Assembly: GCF_035285525.1 (NCBI RefSeq)
Contig: NZ_JAYKGW010000174.1
Coordinates: 1-32,000, forward strand
Origin: Okeania sp.
Lineage (GTDB): Bacteria > Cyanobacteriota > Cyanobacteriia > Cyanobacteriales > Microcoleaceae
Direction of reading: 5' to 3'
Length of the DNA stretch: 32,000 nucleotides
In this document: piece after piece, positions 23,559-32,000 of the stretch
Numbering within the stretch: the stretch's first letter is position 1
Layout: the number at the start of each line of letters is the position of its first letter
Position numbers and translations under genes: made by a program
The notes under the pieces: model-generated
Databases searched by the model: none
What the model saw: only the letters and a program-made list of their open reading frames with translations
What the model was told of the DNA's origin: nothing

Positions 23559-26135
23559 ATGGCCATTTCATACAAAGCAACCAGGGAAATGCCTAGTTTT
23601 CCACCCGCAAAACCCAGTTTAGCTTTGCCTTTGAATAAACTTGAGTTATTAAGTCAGTTATTACAACGGACATCTCAATGTTTAGAAAGCATAGTTATTA
23701 CAGAAAATATATTTGCCACGACTCAACACCCTACATTTTCAGGGGTCAAGTTTACAGTGGTGATTTCTCCAGAGTTTAATGGACTTTTGTGGGGCAAAAT
23801 AGTTAAGGACTTATCAAACAGTCAAAGTCAGAATCAAGAAGAACAAAAACAAAATGATGATCTCCAATTTAACTCTTTGAGCTACTCTTTGAAAAGGGTA
23901 AATTTGGAAAATTTAATATTTAACGTAGGTCTAACTTTTGACCCAAAAACAATTCAAGTTTTTGTAGAGGAAATTATTAATCAATTAGAGAAAAATCAAA
24001 GTCAATCTTTAATTATATCTCAACTTAAATCTAGAATCAATAATCTCAAAGTGAATGATGCTAATATCCAAAGCGAATTTACTTTAAATTTAATAAAAAT
24101 ATTGACTGATAGCGAAAATATAGATTCTATTTTACAGCCTAAAAATTCTCAAAAAACAGATGTTGCTCAGACATCAAATTTCCTCTCAAAAAATAATTCA
24201 ACAGTTGATACTTGTGGCATCTCTATTCCGAATACTGAATTAACAACAAAAACTAATTTTCCACAAAATAATCAATTATTATTATCAGACTCAGTGTTGA
24301 ATAATTCCAACTATTCATTAGTAGACAAATTTATTGAGCAAGCTTTAAAAAAACAAATAGAACAAGAAAGACTTCTGAATCAAATTGCCACTCAAATTCG
24401 TCAAACTTTAGAATTACCAAAAATTTTATCTACTGCTGTAGAACAGGTAAGAAAGTTCCTAAAAGTAGAGAGATTATTAATTTATCAGTTTCAGCAACCT
24501 TTATTATTAACAAATAATATTAAAGTAGTAAATCAAGAAAAAGGTTCTGTAAACTATGAAGCTTTAGAATCTGATAAAATTTATTCTGTCTTAGGTTTAA
24601 ATGAGTCAGAAAATTGCTTTTTTCCTCCTAATAGTTCTATCCTTGAATATCGTAAAAACTCTATTCATGCCATAGCTGATGTTGAAATAACTTATAGTAA
24701 ATCTCCGGCTCTACTAGAATTAATGCAGCAATATCAAATCAAAGCAAAATTAGTAGTACCAATTATAGTTGATGAAAAATTATGGGGATTATTAATTGCT
24801 CATCAAAATTGTAAACGAGAATGGCAAAATAGTGAAAAAACATTTCTCCAAGAAATTGCAGAACATCTAGCGATCGCCATCTATCAAGTTCAATTATATG
24901 CCGAATTGGAACAACAAAAACAAACTTTAGAAAAACGGGTAATTGAGAGAACCCAAGATCTTTATGATGCCCTTAAAAGTGCCGAATCAGCTAATCGTGC
25001 TAAGAGTGAATTTTTAGCAACAATGAGCCATGAGTTACGCACTCCTCTTACTTGTGTTATAGGTATTTCTTCAACTCTTTTGCAATGGTCTTATGGCAAT
25101 AGAGGAGCAAAAATAATACCTATAAAAAAGCAAAGAACCTATTTACAAACAATCCATGATAGTGGTGAACATCTCCTAGAATTAATCAATGATATTCTAG
25201 ATTTATCTCAAGTAGAAGCAGGCAAAACAGTTTTGAAAATTAGTGAATTTTCTCTATCTAAACTCAGTTATGAACTTTGGCAAAATTTTAGAGAAAAAGC
25301 TGAGCAAAATCAGATAAAACTAACTTTTGAACAGAATATAAATCCAGAATTAGATAAATTTACTGCTGACCAAAGGAGAGTTAAACAAATTTTATTTAAT
25401 CTTCTTAGCAATGCAATTAAATTTACTCCTAGTGGTGGAAATGTTATACTTAAAGTCATCAGAGATCGACAGACAGCAATTTTTCAAGTAGAAGATACTG
25501 GTATGGGAATTTATGAACACCAAAAACCACTATTATTTAAGAAGTTTCAACAATTAGATTCTCCTTATAATCGTCAACAAGGTGGCACTGGTTTAGGTCT
25601 AGCTTTAACCAAGCAATTAGTTGAACTTCATAGTGGTATTATTGAAGTAGAATCTACGGTTAATATTGGTTCTACTTTTACAGTAAAATTACCAGCACAA
25701 CCACTTAAATCAATCAATGAAAAACTTAAGCCAGAAGTAAAAAATTCATCAAATACTTTATCTTTGCAAGGTACAGTAGTTTTAATTGAAAAAGAAGAAG
25801 ATATTGCCACAATTATTTGTGATATCTTAACAGCAGCAGGATTAAAAGTTGTCTGGATAATAGAAGGTTCTACTGCTGTAGAGCAAGTTATTTTGTTACA
25901 ACCTGTAGCTGTAATCTTAGATGTGAACTTGCCAGGAATTGATGGTTTAGATATTATTCAGCAGTTACACACCACAAACAGCACTAAAAATATTAAAATC
26001 TTGGCATTAACTAATGTTAATACAGAAATAAATTGGGAAGATTATTATGCTGTTGGTGTAGATGAATGTTTCTCTAAACCAATTAATCTTGAATATTTAT
26101 TGAGTAAAATGATAGAATTATTAACTAAAGCATAA
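23559..26135 (+). CDS. cikA: CikA-like hybrid sensor histidine kinase (N-terminal region, GAF, HisKA, HATPase_c, C-terminal receiver-like domain)
   Basis: 858 aa. The GAF domain spans about residues 272-445. The H-box is SEFLATMSHELRTPLTCVIGISSTLL, with His491 at nt 25029-25031. The N, G1 and G2 boxes are NLLSNAIKFTP, EDTGMGI and GGTGLGLAL. The C-terminal domain VVLIEKEEDIATIICDILTAAGLKVVWIIEGSTAVEQVILLQP closely resembles my recollection of the Synechococcus elongatus CikA pseudo-receiver. Confidence 0.8.
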   Translation: MAISYKATREMPSFPPAKPSLALPLNKLELLSQLLQRTSQCLESIVITENIFATTQHPTFSGVKFTVVISPEFNGLLWGKIVKDLSNSQSQNQEEQKQNDDLQFNSLSYSLKRVNLENLIFNVGLTFDPKTIQVFVEEIINQLEKNQSQSLIISQLKSRINNLKVNDANIQSEFTLNLIKILTDSENIDSILQPKNSQKTDVAQTSNFLSKNNSTVDTCGISIPNTELTTKTNFPQNNQLLLSDSVLNNSNYSLVDKFIEQALKKQIEQERLLNQIATQIRQTLELPKILSTAVEQVRKFLKVERLLIYQFQQPLLLTNNIKVVNQEKGSVNYEALESDKIYSVLGLNESENCFFPPNSSILEYRKNSIHAIADVEITYSKSPALLELMQQYQIKAKLVVPIIVDEKLWGLLIAHQNCKREWQNSEKTFLQEIAEHLAIAIYQVQLYAELEQQKQTLEKRVIERTQDLYDALKSAESANRAKSEFLATMSHELRTPLTCVIGISSTLLQWSYGNRGAKIIPIKKQRTYLQTIHDSGEHLLELINDILDLSQVEAGKTVLKISEFSLSKLSYELWQNFREKAEQNQIKLTFEQNINPELDKFTADQRRVKQILFNLLSNAIKFTPSGGNVILKVIRDRQTAIFQVEDTGMGIYEHQKPLLFKKFQQLDSPYNRQQGGTGLGLALTKQLVELHSGIIEVESTVNIGSTFTVKLPAQPLKSINEKLKPEVKNSSNTLSLQGTVVLIEKEEDIATIICDILTAAGLKVVWIIEGSTAVEQVILLQPVAVILDVNLPGIDGLDIIQQLHTTNSTKNIKILALTNVNTEINWEDYYAVGVDECFSKPINLEYLLSKMIELLTKA

Positions 26136-26346
26136 ATATTTGTACTAATCTTAAATTATAGCCATAAGAAATGATTTGTGAGAAAAAACTTTAGGGGTTT
26201 GGTCTCCAAATTCTTTGGCACTGGGGTTGGTTTCCCAACCCCTACAATGAAATATGACAAATCAAAAAGTAAATAAAAAAACTGATTTATCGAGAACCGT
26301 AACTCTTACCTGTTCCCTATTCCCTATTCCCTAAAATTGTTTAATT

Positions 26347-27033
26347 ATGACTAACAAAAATCCTCATTTACTATTACCAAAAGGTTTAATAGTTTCTTGT
26401 CAAGCTGCCCCTGATTCCCCTTTACATAATCCAGAAATTATTGCCGCTATGGCGCAAGCATCTATAAATCAAGGTGCAGTAGCAGTTAGAATAGATACCC
26501 CATCTCATATTCACGCAGTGCGACAGAGAATTTATCAACCTATTATTGGTTTATGGAAACAACAAATACCAGGATATGAAGTTTATATTACCCCTCGTTT
26601 TTCTGATGCAAAAGCGATCGCTGAAGCTGGAGCAGATATTATTGCTATTGATGCTACTTCCAGAGAACGTCCAGAGGGAGAAACTTTAACCTCATTAATA
26701 ACTAAAATTCACCAAGAGTTAGGCAAACCTGTAATGGCAGATATAGATACTATTGAAGCAGCAAAACTAGCAGAAAAAGCAGGTTCAGATATTATTGGAA
26801 CTACTTTATATGGTTATACTCAATCAACAAAAACAGCAACTCCTCCTGGTTTTCAACTATTAGAAGAAATGATAAAAAATTTAGAAACCCCAGCAATTTG
26901 TGAAGGTGGAATAGCAACTCCCGCCATGGCAAAAAAAGCGATAAATTTAGGAGCTTATGCAGTTGTTGTTGGTACAGATATTACAGGAATTGAGAATAAA
27001 GTTAAAGCTTATAAAATTGAAATAAGCTCTTAA
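26347..27033 (+). CDS. nanE: putative N-acetylmannosamine-6-phosphate 2-epimerase (NanE family)
   Basis: 228 aa. GLIVSCQA...AAMAQAS...GAVAVRI...PIIGLWK...YITP...GADIIAIDAT...ADIDT...GTTLYGYT...EGGI...GAYAVVVGTDIT follows the NanE TIM-barrel pattern. Confidence 0.82.
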   Translation: MTNKNPHLLLPKGLIVSCQAAPDSPLHNPEIIAAMAQASINQGAVAVRIDTPSHIHAVRQRIYQPIIGLWKQQIPGYEVYITPRFSDAKAIAEAGADIIAIDATSRERPEGETLTSLITKIHQELGKPVMADIDTIEAAKLAEKAGSDIIGTTLYGYTQSTKTATPPGFQLLEEMIKNLETPAICEGGIATPAMAKKAINLGAYAVVVGTDITGIENKVKAYKIEISS

Positions 27034-27114
27034 ACGGTAGACTTATAGCCATGACTATTAGAAATAAAAATTAAGCATTTTTTTTGTCTTTATTCTACGT
27101 CAATATAAAATAGT

Positions 27115-27206
27115 CAGGACTGACGCAAACTCTTAGACAATAAACTACCTGTAGAGGGCAAATGCAATTTGCCACTACTCAATGTGGTGGTTCTGCGTAA
27201 GTCCTG
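27115..27206. mobile_element. T-family MITE-like element
   Basis: caggactgacgcaaactc...ggttctgcgtaagtcctg has inverted termini and a 92-bp body. Confidence 0.75.
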
Positions 27207-27403
27207 ACAAATTTAATCCTGAGCAAAGATATAGTTAGGGGTTCTATCAGCTATAGTAATCATAATTTTAACAGAGTAAATATTTTCCCCATCTCCTTAG
27301 TCCTGTCCTTGGCCAAAAATCTGTACTTTTGCAGAGATTCCAAATAGGTTCTATAAAAAAATTGGAAAAATTACCTTTTCTGGTATAATAACGGTTATAT
27401 TAA

Positions 27404-27506
27404 CAGGACTTACGCAAAGAAACCCGGTACGATCGTAGATTCTTACTGTTCAAAACAACGATTTCTTGTAGAAACCGGATTTCTGGGTTCGTCTGCGTAA
27501 GTCCTG
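27404..27506. mobile_element. T-family MITE-like element (long internal palindrome variant)
   Basis: caggacttacgcaaagaaacccggtacgatcgtag...gaaaccggatttctgggttcgtctgcgtaagtcctg. Confidence 0.8.
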
Positions 27507-28505
27507 ATTAAGTTAATCCCTACTTAACTGAATACCTTTGAAATTCTGTAGGTCTCCAATTTTAGTGTTCCCCTACCTAACTGCAACTAGAAATATCATA
27601 TTTTAGATAGAACTGCAATATCATGTCCAGATAATTAGGACTTGCTAATTAACTCTGAAAAATTTTACAAATAATTCAATCCAGCCTTTTTGGGTCGAAA
27701 AATTTCTAGTTTTCAAGTCCAAAATTTTTAAAATTTTAGACTGATAAGTCATAATTGAAAATGACTAAAAAATAAAGTTTGAAGTCTCCTCTTTCCAGGA
27801 GATGAAAAAAATATTCGATTCAGTATTTTCAGCCTTTTACTTCAGTAGAAAATACTGATAATTAATAACTGAAATAACTCCCTAATCTTGGCTCCGTCGC
27901 TATCCATTACCAACCTTGATTTTTAAACCTAAAAAACAACGGCTGTTTCCTAGCGTTTAACACTATACAGTGAATTTCATTAAGCTTGTGGTAGAGTTAT
28001 CACAGGCAATATCCCTATGCTATATCTAAATCAAATTTGGTATTTTCATAGAAAAAACTTTCTCTTCCTTAAATAACTTAAAATACGCTCCTGTTCCTAG
28101 CTTCTATACATAACTAATTCCACGGTTTCCCTACCTAAATCTTCCGTCGTTATTTAAGGTTTGTTGATTAAATTTAAAAGCTTTTAGAGATGAAAGTTTT
28201 AGTATCATTTTTACCAAAAAAATTACAATCTTTTGATTGCTATGGCTCAAAAATTTGTAACCATTCTGCATCGTCAGGAAACAGCGGTCAGCTATTTATT
28301 TTAGTTTGATATCAAAGATTTATTAATTAAGATAAATTGGATATTACTATCAAAGCTGACTTTAAAGATTATATTCATTTCAAGGTATTTTTAACTCTTA
28401 GATAAGGTTTGCTGTTTGCGCAGCATTTCCCAGGAATAGCTAACAGATAATAGCTGAATGCTTCAAAAGTTTAGCATTTTGCCCCAATACTAAATCCAGC
28501 TTTTA

Positions 28506-28648
28506 CCGAATGAATAATTAATAATTAAATAATTCAATAATTTGCGCCTTAAAGCCTCCCCTTTAAAGGGGAAAAAATCAATTTTTTCCTTTTATTCAAT
28601 TCTCTTCCTTTTAGGGAGAGGTAATTATCAATTATCCATTATTGAAAC
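28506..28648. mobile_element. P-family MITE (reverse orientation)
   Basis: ccgaatgaataattaataattaaataattcaataatttgcgccttaaagcctcccctttaaagggg...ccttttagggagaggtaattatcaattatccattattgaa is the reverse complement of the layout at 15941-16104. Confidence 0.75.
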
Positions 28649-28664
28649 ACCTTTGATTTTTATA

Positions 28665-28914
28665 GCTTAGGCTTTTAATAAAAAAGAATTGAGCCAATTT
28701 TTATAAAAGGATTTTGATAACCGGATTGAGTATAACTATCTATGGCAGAAAAATGAAGAGACAGTTATTTTGAGCAAAAAATTACGATTTTGGAGTAATT
28801 ATGACAGAAAAAATAGGGGTGGATTATGAATAACTACTTCTTCTACAACTCCCTGCTTCTCCTAACTCTTAACTACTCCCTATCCTAACAAAAAGACTGT
28901 TTCAACAACCCCTA
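28665..28914. mobile_element. S-family repeat (reverse orientation, ends degenerate)
   Basis: It contains ctatggcagaaaaatgaag (reverse complement of the S core) and ctacttcttctacaactccctgcttctcctaactcttaactactccc (reverse complement of the gggagtag end). It terminates ttcaacaaccccta. Confidence 0.55.
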
Positions 28915-28958
28915 TTTATTAACTATTCAATTAATGTTGAATTCAATAAATCCGTTCA

Positions 28959-29133
28959 GCAATTAATAATTAATAATTAATAATTACCCCTTCTTCAAAG
29001 AAGGGCATTGACTAATTATGAAAAATTTTGATTTGTCCTCTATCCAAGGGGAGGCTTCCAGACGTGAATTGTTGAATGAATAATTATTGACTATCAACTC
29101 TTAATTATTAATTATTAACTATTAATTATTCGG
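28959..29133. mobile_element. P-family MITE (forward, uninterrupted; the empty-site reference for 31563-31980)
   Basis: gcaattaataattaataattaataattaccccttcttcaaagaagggcattgactaattatgaaaaattttgatttgtcctctatccaaggggaggcttccagacgtgaattgttgaatgaataattattgactatcaactcttaattattaattattaactattaattattcgg. Confidence 0.8.
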
Positions 29134-29230
29134 TAATTCTCCACATAAAAAATGTACACACAGTGGTTAATCTTCCGGAAGGAAAGTAGCGTACCAAGAA
29201 CAATAAAAATAAAATACTCTATCATTAACA

Positions 29231-31051
29231 ATGACTCAAAATTTTGGTTTATATTCTAAATTTCCTTATGTTCCCAGAAACAACGTTGAGCAAGGTGTCT
29301 CAAAACGTCATCGCTTAGTACAAGCACTAACAATGATGTTAGTAATTACTACCTTTATTGGCATCAATGCTTATCGTATAGTGCAATTACAATTAATTCA
29401 GGGAGAACATAACCGCGAACGTGCCGAAAATAACCGCATTCGTTTAACACCAGTAGCAGCAAGTCGTGGCACAATTTACGATCGCAAAGGCAGAATATTA
29501 GCAAGCAACCTTCTCTCTCGCTCTGTCTATTTATGGCCTCAAGAATACACACCTGAAAAATGGTCTGAGGTGGCAGCAGAACTGAGTACCGTCTTAGACA
29601 TTCCAGCTACTGAAATTATCAAGAAGTTAGAAGAAACTGGCTATAACTCCCCCTTACCAGTCAGAATTATCTCAAATATAGATCGCATTACTTTCGTAGC
29701 ATTAGCAGAAAAAGCTGGTGAAACCAGAGGAGTAGAAGTTCGTACCGAAAACGTTCGTCATTATCCTAACGGCAGTTTAGCAGCTCATTTAATTGGATAC
29801 ACTGGGGAAGCAACCAAAGAAGAATTGATAGCTAACCCCAAATATCCGATGGGAATGCTCGTGGGAAAAATGGGAGTCGAACGTTTAGCAAATTCTGAGT
29901 TGGAAGGAGTTTGGGGTAATCGTTTGATTGAAGTTGATGCCAAAGGTAATGAACTGCAAGAGTTGGGTGTAGAAAGCCCTACTCCAGGCAAATCTGTAAA
30001 ATTAACCATCGATCTTGATATTCAAAAAGCTATAGAAAAAGCATTAGGAAATCGCCGGGGTGCAGCAGTTGTCATTAATCCTAAAACAGGGGAAATTTTA
30101 GGAATGGCAAGCACACCAACATTCGACCCCAGTATATTTACAGGTAAAATTACCAGCCAGGAATGGCAACGTCTCCAAGGTGCAACTAAACCTTTTTTGA
30201 ATCGCGCTCTTCAAGGTTATCCCCCCGGAAGCACTTTCAAACCTGTTACTTCAGTAGCAGCAATAGAGTCTGGCAAATATACTCCTGACTCCAAAATTGC
30301 AACTGCCAGTTCTGTGACTATTGGTGGTATTAGCTTTAATGAACACAGTGGTGGTTACGGACTAATTGGTTTTCGGGATGCTTTAGCTTATAGCAGCAAT
30401 ACATTTTACTATCAAGCGGCTGTGAAAATTGGTCCCGAACAAATTTCTAAGTGGGGACGAGAGTTAGGTATTGGTGGCAGTATTGACTTAAAGTTACTCG
30501 GACTAAATGGTAATCATGGTCAGATTCCTACTCCCAAGGAAAAAGAGACAATATATGGAGAACCTTGGCATATTGCTGATACTGTCACTATGGGAATAGG
30601 TCAAGGTTTGGTATTGGTGACGCCTTTAGAATCTTCAGTGATGGTGAGTACGATCGCTAATGGTGGATATCGAGTGCAACCTCATTTATTGGCTTCTCAA
30701 ACTAATACTAATGCTACTAAGTCAATTAAGACTGGGTTAAAACCTTCTACTATTAATACGGTGCGAGAAGGATTAATTGATGTAGTGAGAAAGGGTACTG
30801 GTAGGTGGTTGAATGATGGTAAAATTCCATTGTCTGGCGGGAAGACGGGTACGGTGGAACTTCCAGGACAATCTGATAACGCAATGTATATCGGTTTTGC
30901 ACCTGCTTATAATCCTGAAATTGCTGTCGCGGTTGCAGTTGAAGAAGGTGGTTACGGTTCTGTAGGAGCAGCTCCTGTTGCTAAAGCTGTTTTTGATGTT
31001 TATTTTGGTATAGCCCCTAGCCCTAAGGAGCAGGGAACAGGAGGGGAGTAG
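29231..31051 (+). CDS. mrdA: penicillin-binding protein 2 (peptidoglycan D,D-transpeptidase, elongation-specific)
   Basis: 606 aa with an N-terminal TM anchor and a PBP dimerisation domain. The transpeptidase motifs are PPGSTFKP (SxxK), YSSNTF (SxN) and GKTGTV (KTG). Confidence 0.92.
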   Translation: MTQNFGLYSKFPYVPRNNVEQGVSKRHRLVQALTMMLVITTFIGINAYRIVQLQLIQGEHNRERAENNRIRLTPVAASRGTIYDRKGRILASNLLSRSVYLWPQEYTPEKWSEVAAELSTVLDIPATEIIKKLEETGYNSPLPVRIISNIDRITFVALAEKAGETRGVEVRTENVRHYPNGSLAAHLIGYTGEATKEELIANPKYPMGMLVGKMGVERLANSELEGVWGNRLIEVDAKGNELQELGVESPTPGKSVKLTIDLDIQKAIEKALGNRRGAAVVINPKTGEILGMASTPTFDPSIFTGKITSQEWQRLQGATKPFLNRALQGYPPGSTFKPVTSVAAIESGKYTPDSKIATASSVTIGGISFNEHSGGYGLIGFRDALAYSSNTFYYQAAVKIGPEQISKWGRELGIGGSIDLKLLGLNGNHGQIPTPKEKETIYGEPWHIADTVTMGIGQGLVLVTPLESSVMVSTIANGGYRVQPHLLASQTNTNATKSIKTGLKPSTINTVREGLIDVVRKGTGRWLNDGKIPLSGGKTGTVELPGQSDNAMYIGFAPAYNPEIAVAVAVEEGGYGSVGAAPVAKAVFDVYFGIAPSPKEQGTGGE

Positions 31052-31352
31052 GGAACTGAAGATTATCAAGGGTTTTTTGTGTAGGGAAATGCTCCGCAAA
31101 CAGGATTTATAAATTTCTGCGCCCTTTGCTTCGACTGCTATAATCAAGGAAAATAGATAGGGTTTGCTAAAAAAAAAGAAAAGTGTGGAAAGTGTGGGAA
31201 GTAAAAAGGAAGTATGAGGAATAATTGTTCTTTGATTTTTCTACCCTTGGTTTCCCTAAAACCCTATTTCTCGGAAACTCTACTTTTTGGTAGTTTGAGC
31301 TAGAAAAGCTGCAATTTTTCAATCAGGAAAAAAGCTATATTTTTTATATGTA

Positions 31353-31562
31353 CAGGACTTACGCAAATGTACTATATGTAGATTTAAAAAAAACTATTGC
31401 GTATGGGGTTTTAAGCACTATATCTAGGGTCACTGTTTCAGCAATTAATAATTATAGCACTTACGCATGAACGCTATTGGTAGGGTGTGTTTTGCTGCGC
31501 GACATGAAAAGCGTAGCGTCACGCACCAAAACTCTATATATAGTGCTTTTCCGTAAGTCCTG
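31353..31562. mobile_element. composite of T-family MITE copies
   Basis: The left part is caggacttacgcaaatgtactatatgtag...tatctagggtcactg, collinear with 19603-19681 but lacking its right terminus. It is followed by gcacttacgcatgaacgc...ttttccgtaagtcctg. Confidence 0.65.
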
Positions 31563-31980
31563 AATTGATAATTACCCCTTCTTCAAAGAAGGGGATTGAC
31601 TAATCATGAAAATTTTTGATTTATCATCTATCTAAGGAGAGGCTTCCACCCGTGAATTTTTGAATAAATAATTATTGACTATCAACTCTTAATTAGGGCT
31701 TGTTGAATTATTTATCAAAGTGTTTACGGGCATTGCTTTTAGCATTTATAGATACTAATAAAGTACCAGCTTTTAAGTGATTCCAGCTTAAAAATCTAGG
31801 ATTTTGGGCAAGACTAGGGGTAAAAAAAATAGAGTAAGATTCTTCTGGCTACCTCTTCTATGATTCTTATTCCTCCTAGATTCCAGGATTGCTGGATTCT
31901 GGCTTCTCTCCTCAAATAAAAAACTGAAGAAGCCCAAACTCTAATTATTAATTATTAACTATTAATTATTAATTATTCGG
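31563..31980. mobile_element. composite: P-family MITE carrying a nested S-family insertion
   Basis: The sequence aattgataattaccccttcttcaaagaaggggattgactaatcatgaaaattttt...gactatcaactcttaat is interrupted at 31694. It resumes at 31944 (attattaattattaactattaattattaattattcgg). Confidence 0.75.
31694..31943. mobile_element. S-family MITE (250 bp) nested in the P-family tail
   Basis: The left terminus is tagggcttgttgaatta. The right end is gaagaagcccaaactcta. The flanks are ctcttaat|ta...ta|attattaatt. The uninterrupted site ctcttaattattaatt is present at 29097-29112. Confidence 0.7.
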
Positions 31981-32000
31981 TAAGTCCTGATGTAAATACT

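Noticed and set aside
29364-31147. Minus-strand ORFs 29364-29552, 29785-30009 and 30773-31147 within or overlapping mrdA
   Set aside because: They are antisense to a CDS carrying all three PBP active-site motifs. The last one extends into STRR sequence.
1-32000. tRNA, rRNA, tmRNA or RNase P genes; prophage or integrative element; biosynthetic gene cluster
   Set aside because: I found no T-arm (GGTTCGAATCC-like) or cloverleaf candidates. I also found no integrase, transposase, capsid or terminase genes, and no NRPS, PKS or RiPP precursor or maturase genes. A tRNAscan or Infernal run would be needed to exclude RNA genes formally.

Overview
AT-rich cyanobacterial chromosome segment, about one third GC by eye. 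It is probably from a filamentous, heterocyst-forming (Nostocales-type) strain. Support for that: at least 10 perfect HIP1 octamers (GCGATCGC), many heptameric STRR-type tandem tracts, a cikA-like clock-input kinase, a pentapeptide-repeat gene, and at least five families of MITE-like dispersed repeats. I call these families T (caggacttacgca ends), G (gaggtac ends), P (ccccttcttcaaagaagggg hairpin plus aattatt tail), S (tagggcttg...caagcccta ends) and L (gctgatagctaatagctgaatgcttac).

I can support 16 intact protein genes: GDP-mannose pyrophosphorylase, an LCP-family protein, a TPR protein, a YbjQ-family protein, a lipoprotein-type MhpD-family hydratase, an ABC/SMC-type ATPase, a fatty-acid-hydroxylase/SDR fusion, fmt, an ArnT/PMT-like glycosyltransferase, a short homocitrate synthase, a chorismate-lyase-fold protein, a sulfotransferase, a 204-aa unknown, a cikA-like hybrid kinase, a nanE-like epimerase and PBP2. 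There are also three pseudogenes: a pentapeptide-repeat protein, the partner gene of the ATPase, and a P-loop protein split by three MITEs.

By my hand tally, intact CDS covers only about 57% of the window. The rest is repeat-filled spacer, which suggests a MITE-swamped or eroding genome. I saw no tRNA, rRNA, CRISPR array, transposase, integrase, reverse transcriptase or phage gene.

I do not see an intact, convincing novel multi-gene system. The best candidate is a two-gene module at 7.1-9.2 kb: an ABC-type ATPase plus a Toprim-like small partner, resembling abortive-infection or PARIS-class defence pairs. Its partner gene is visibly decayed. The most direct sequence-level observations concern MITE dynamics: filled and empty insertion sites in the same window, nested insertions, long flanking duplications, and a gene cut inside its Walker A codons. 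All repeat coordinates were placed by eye and may be off by a few bases.
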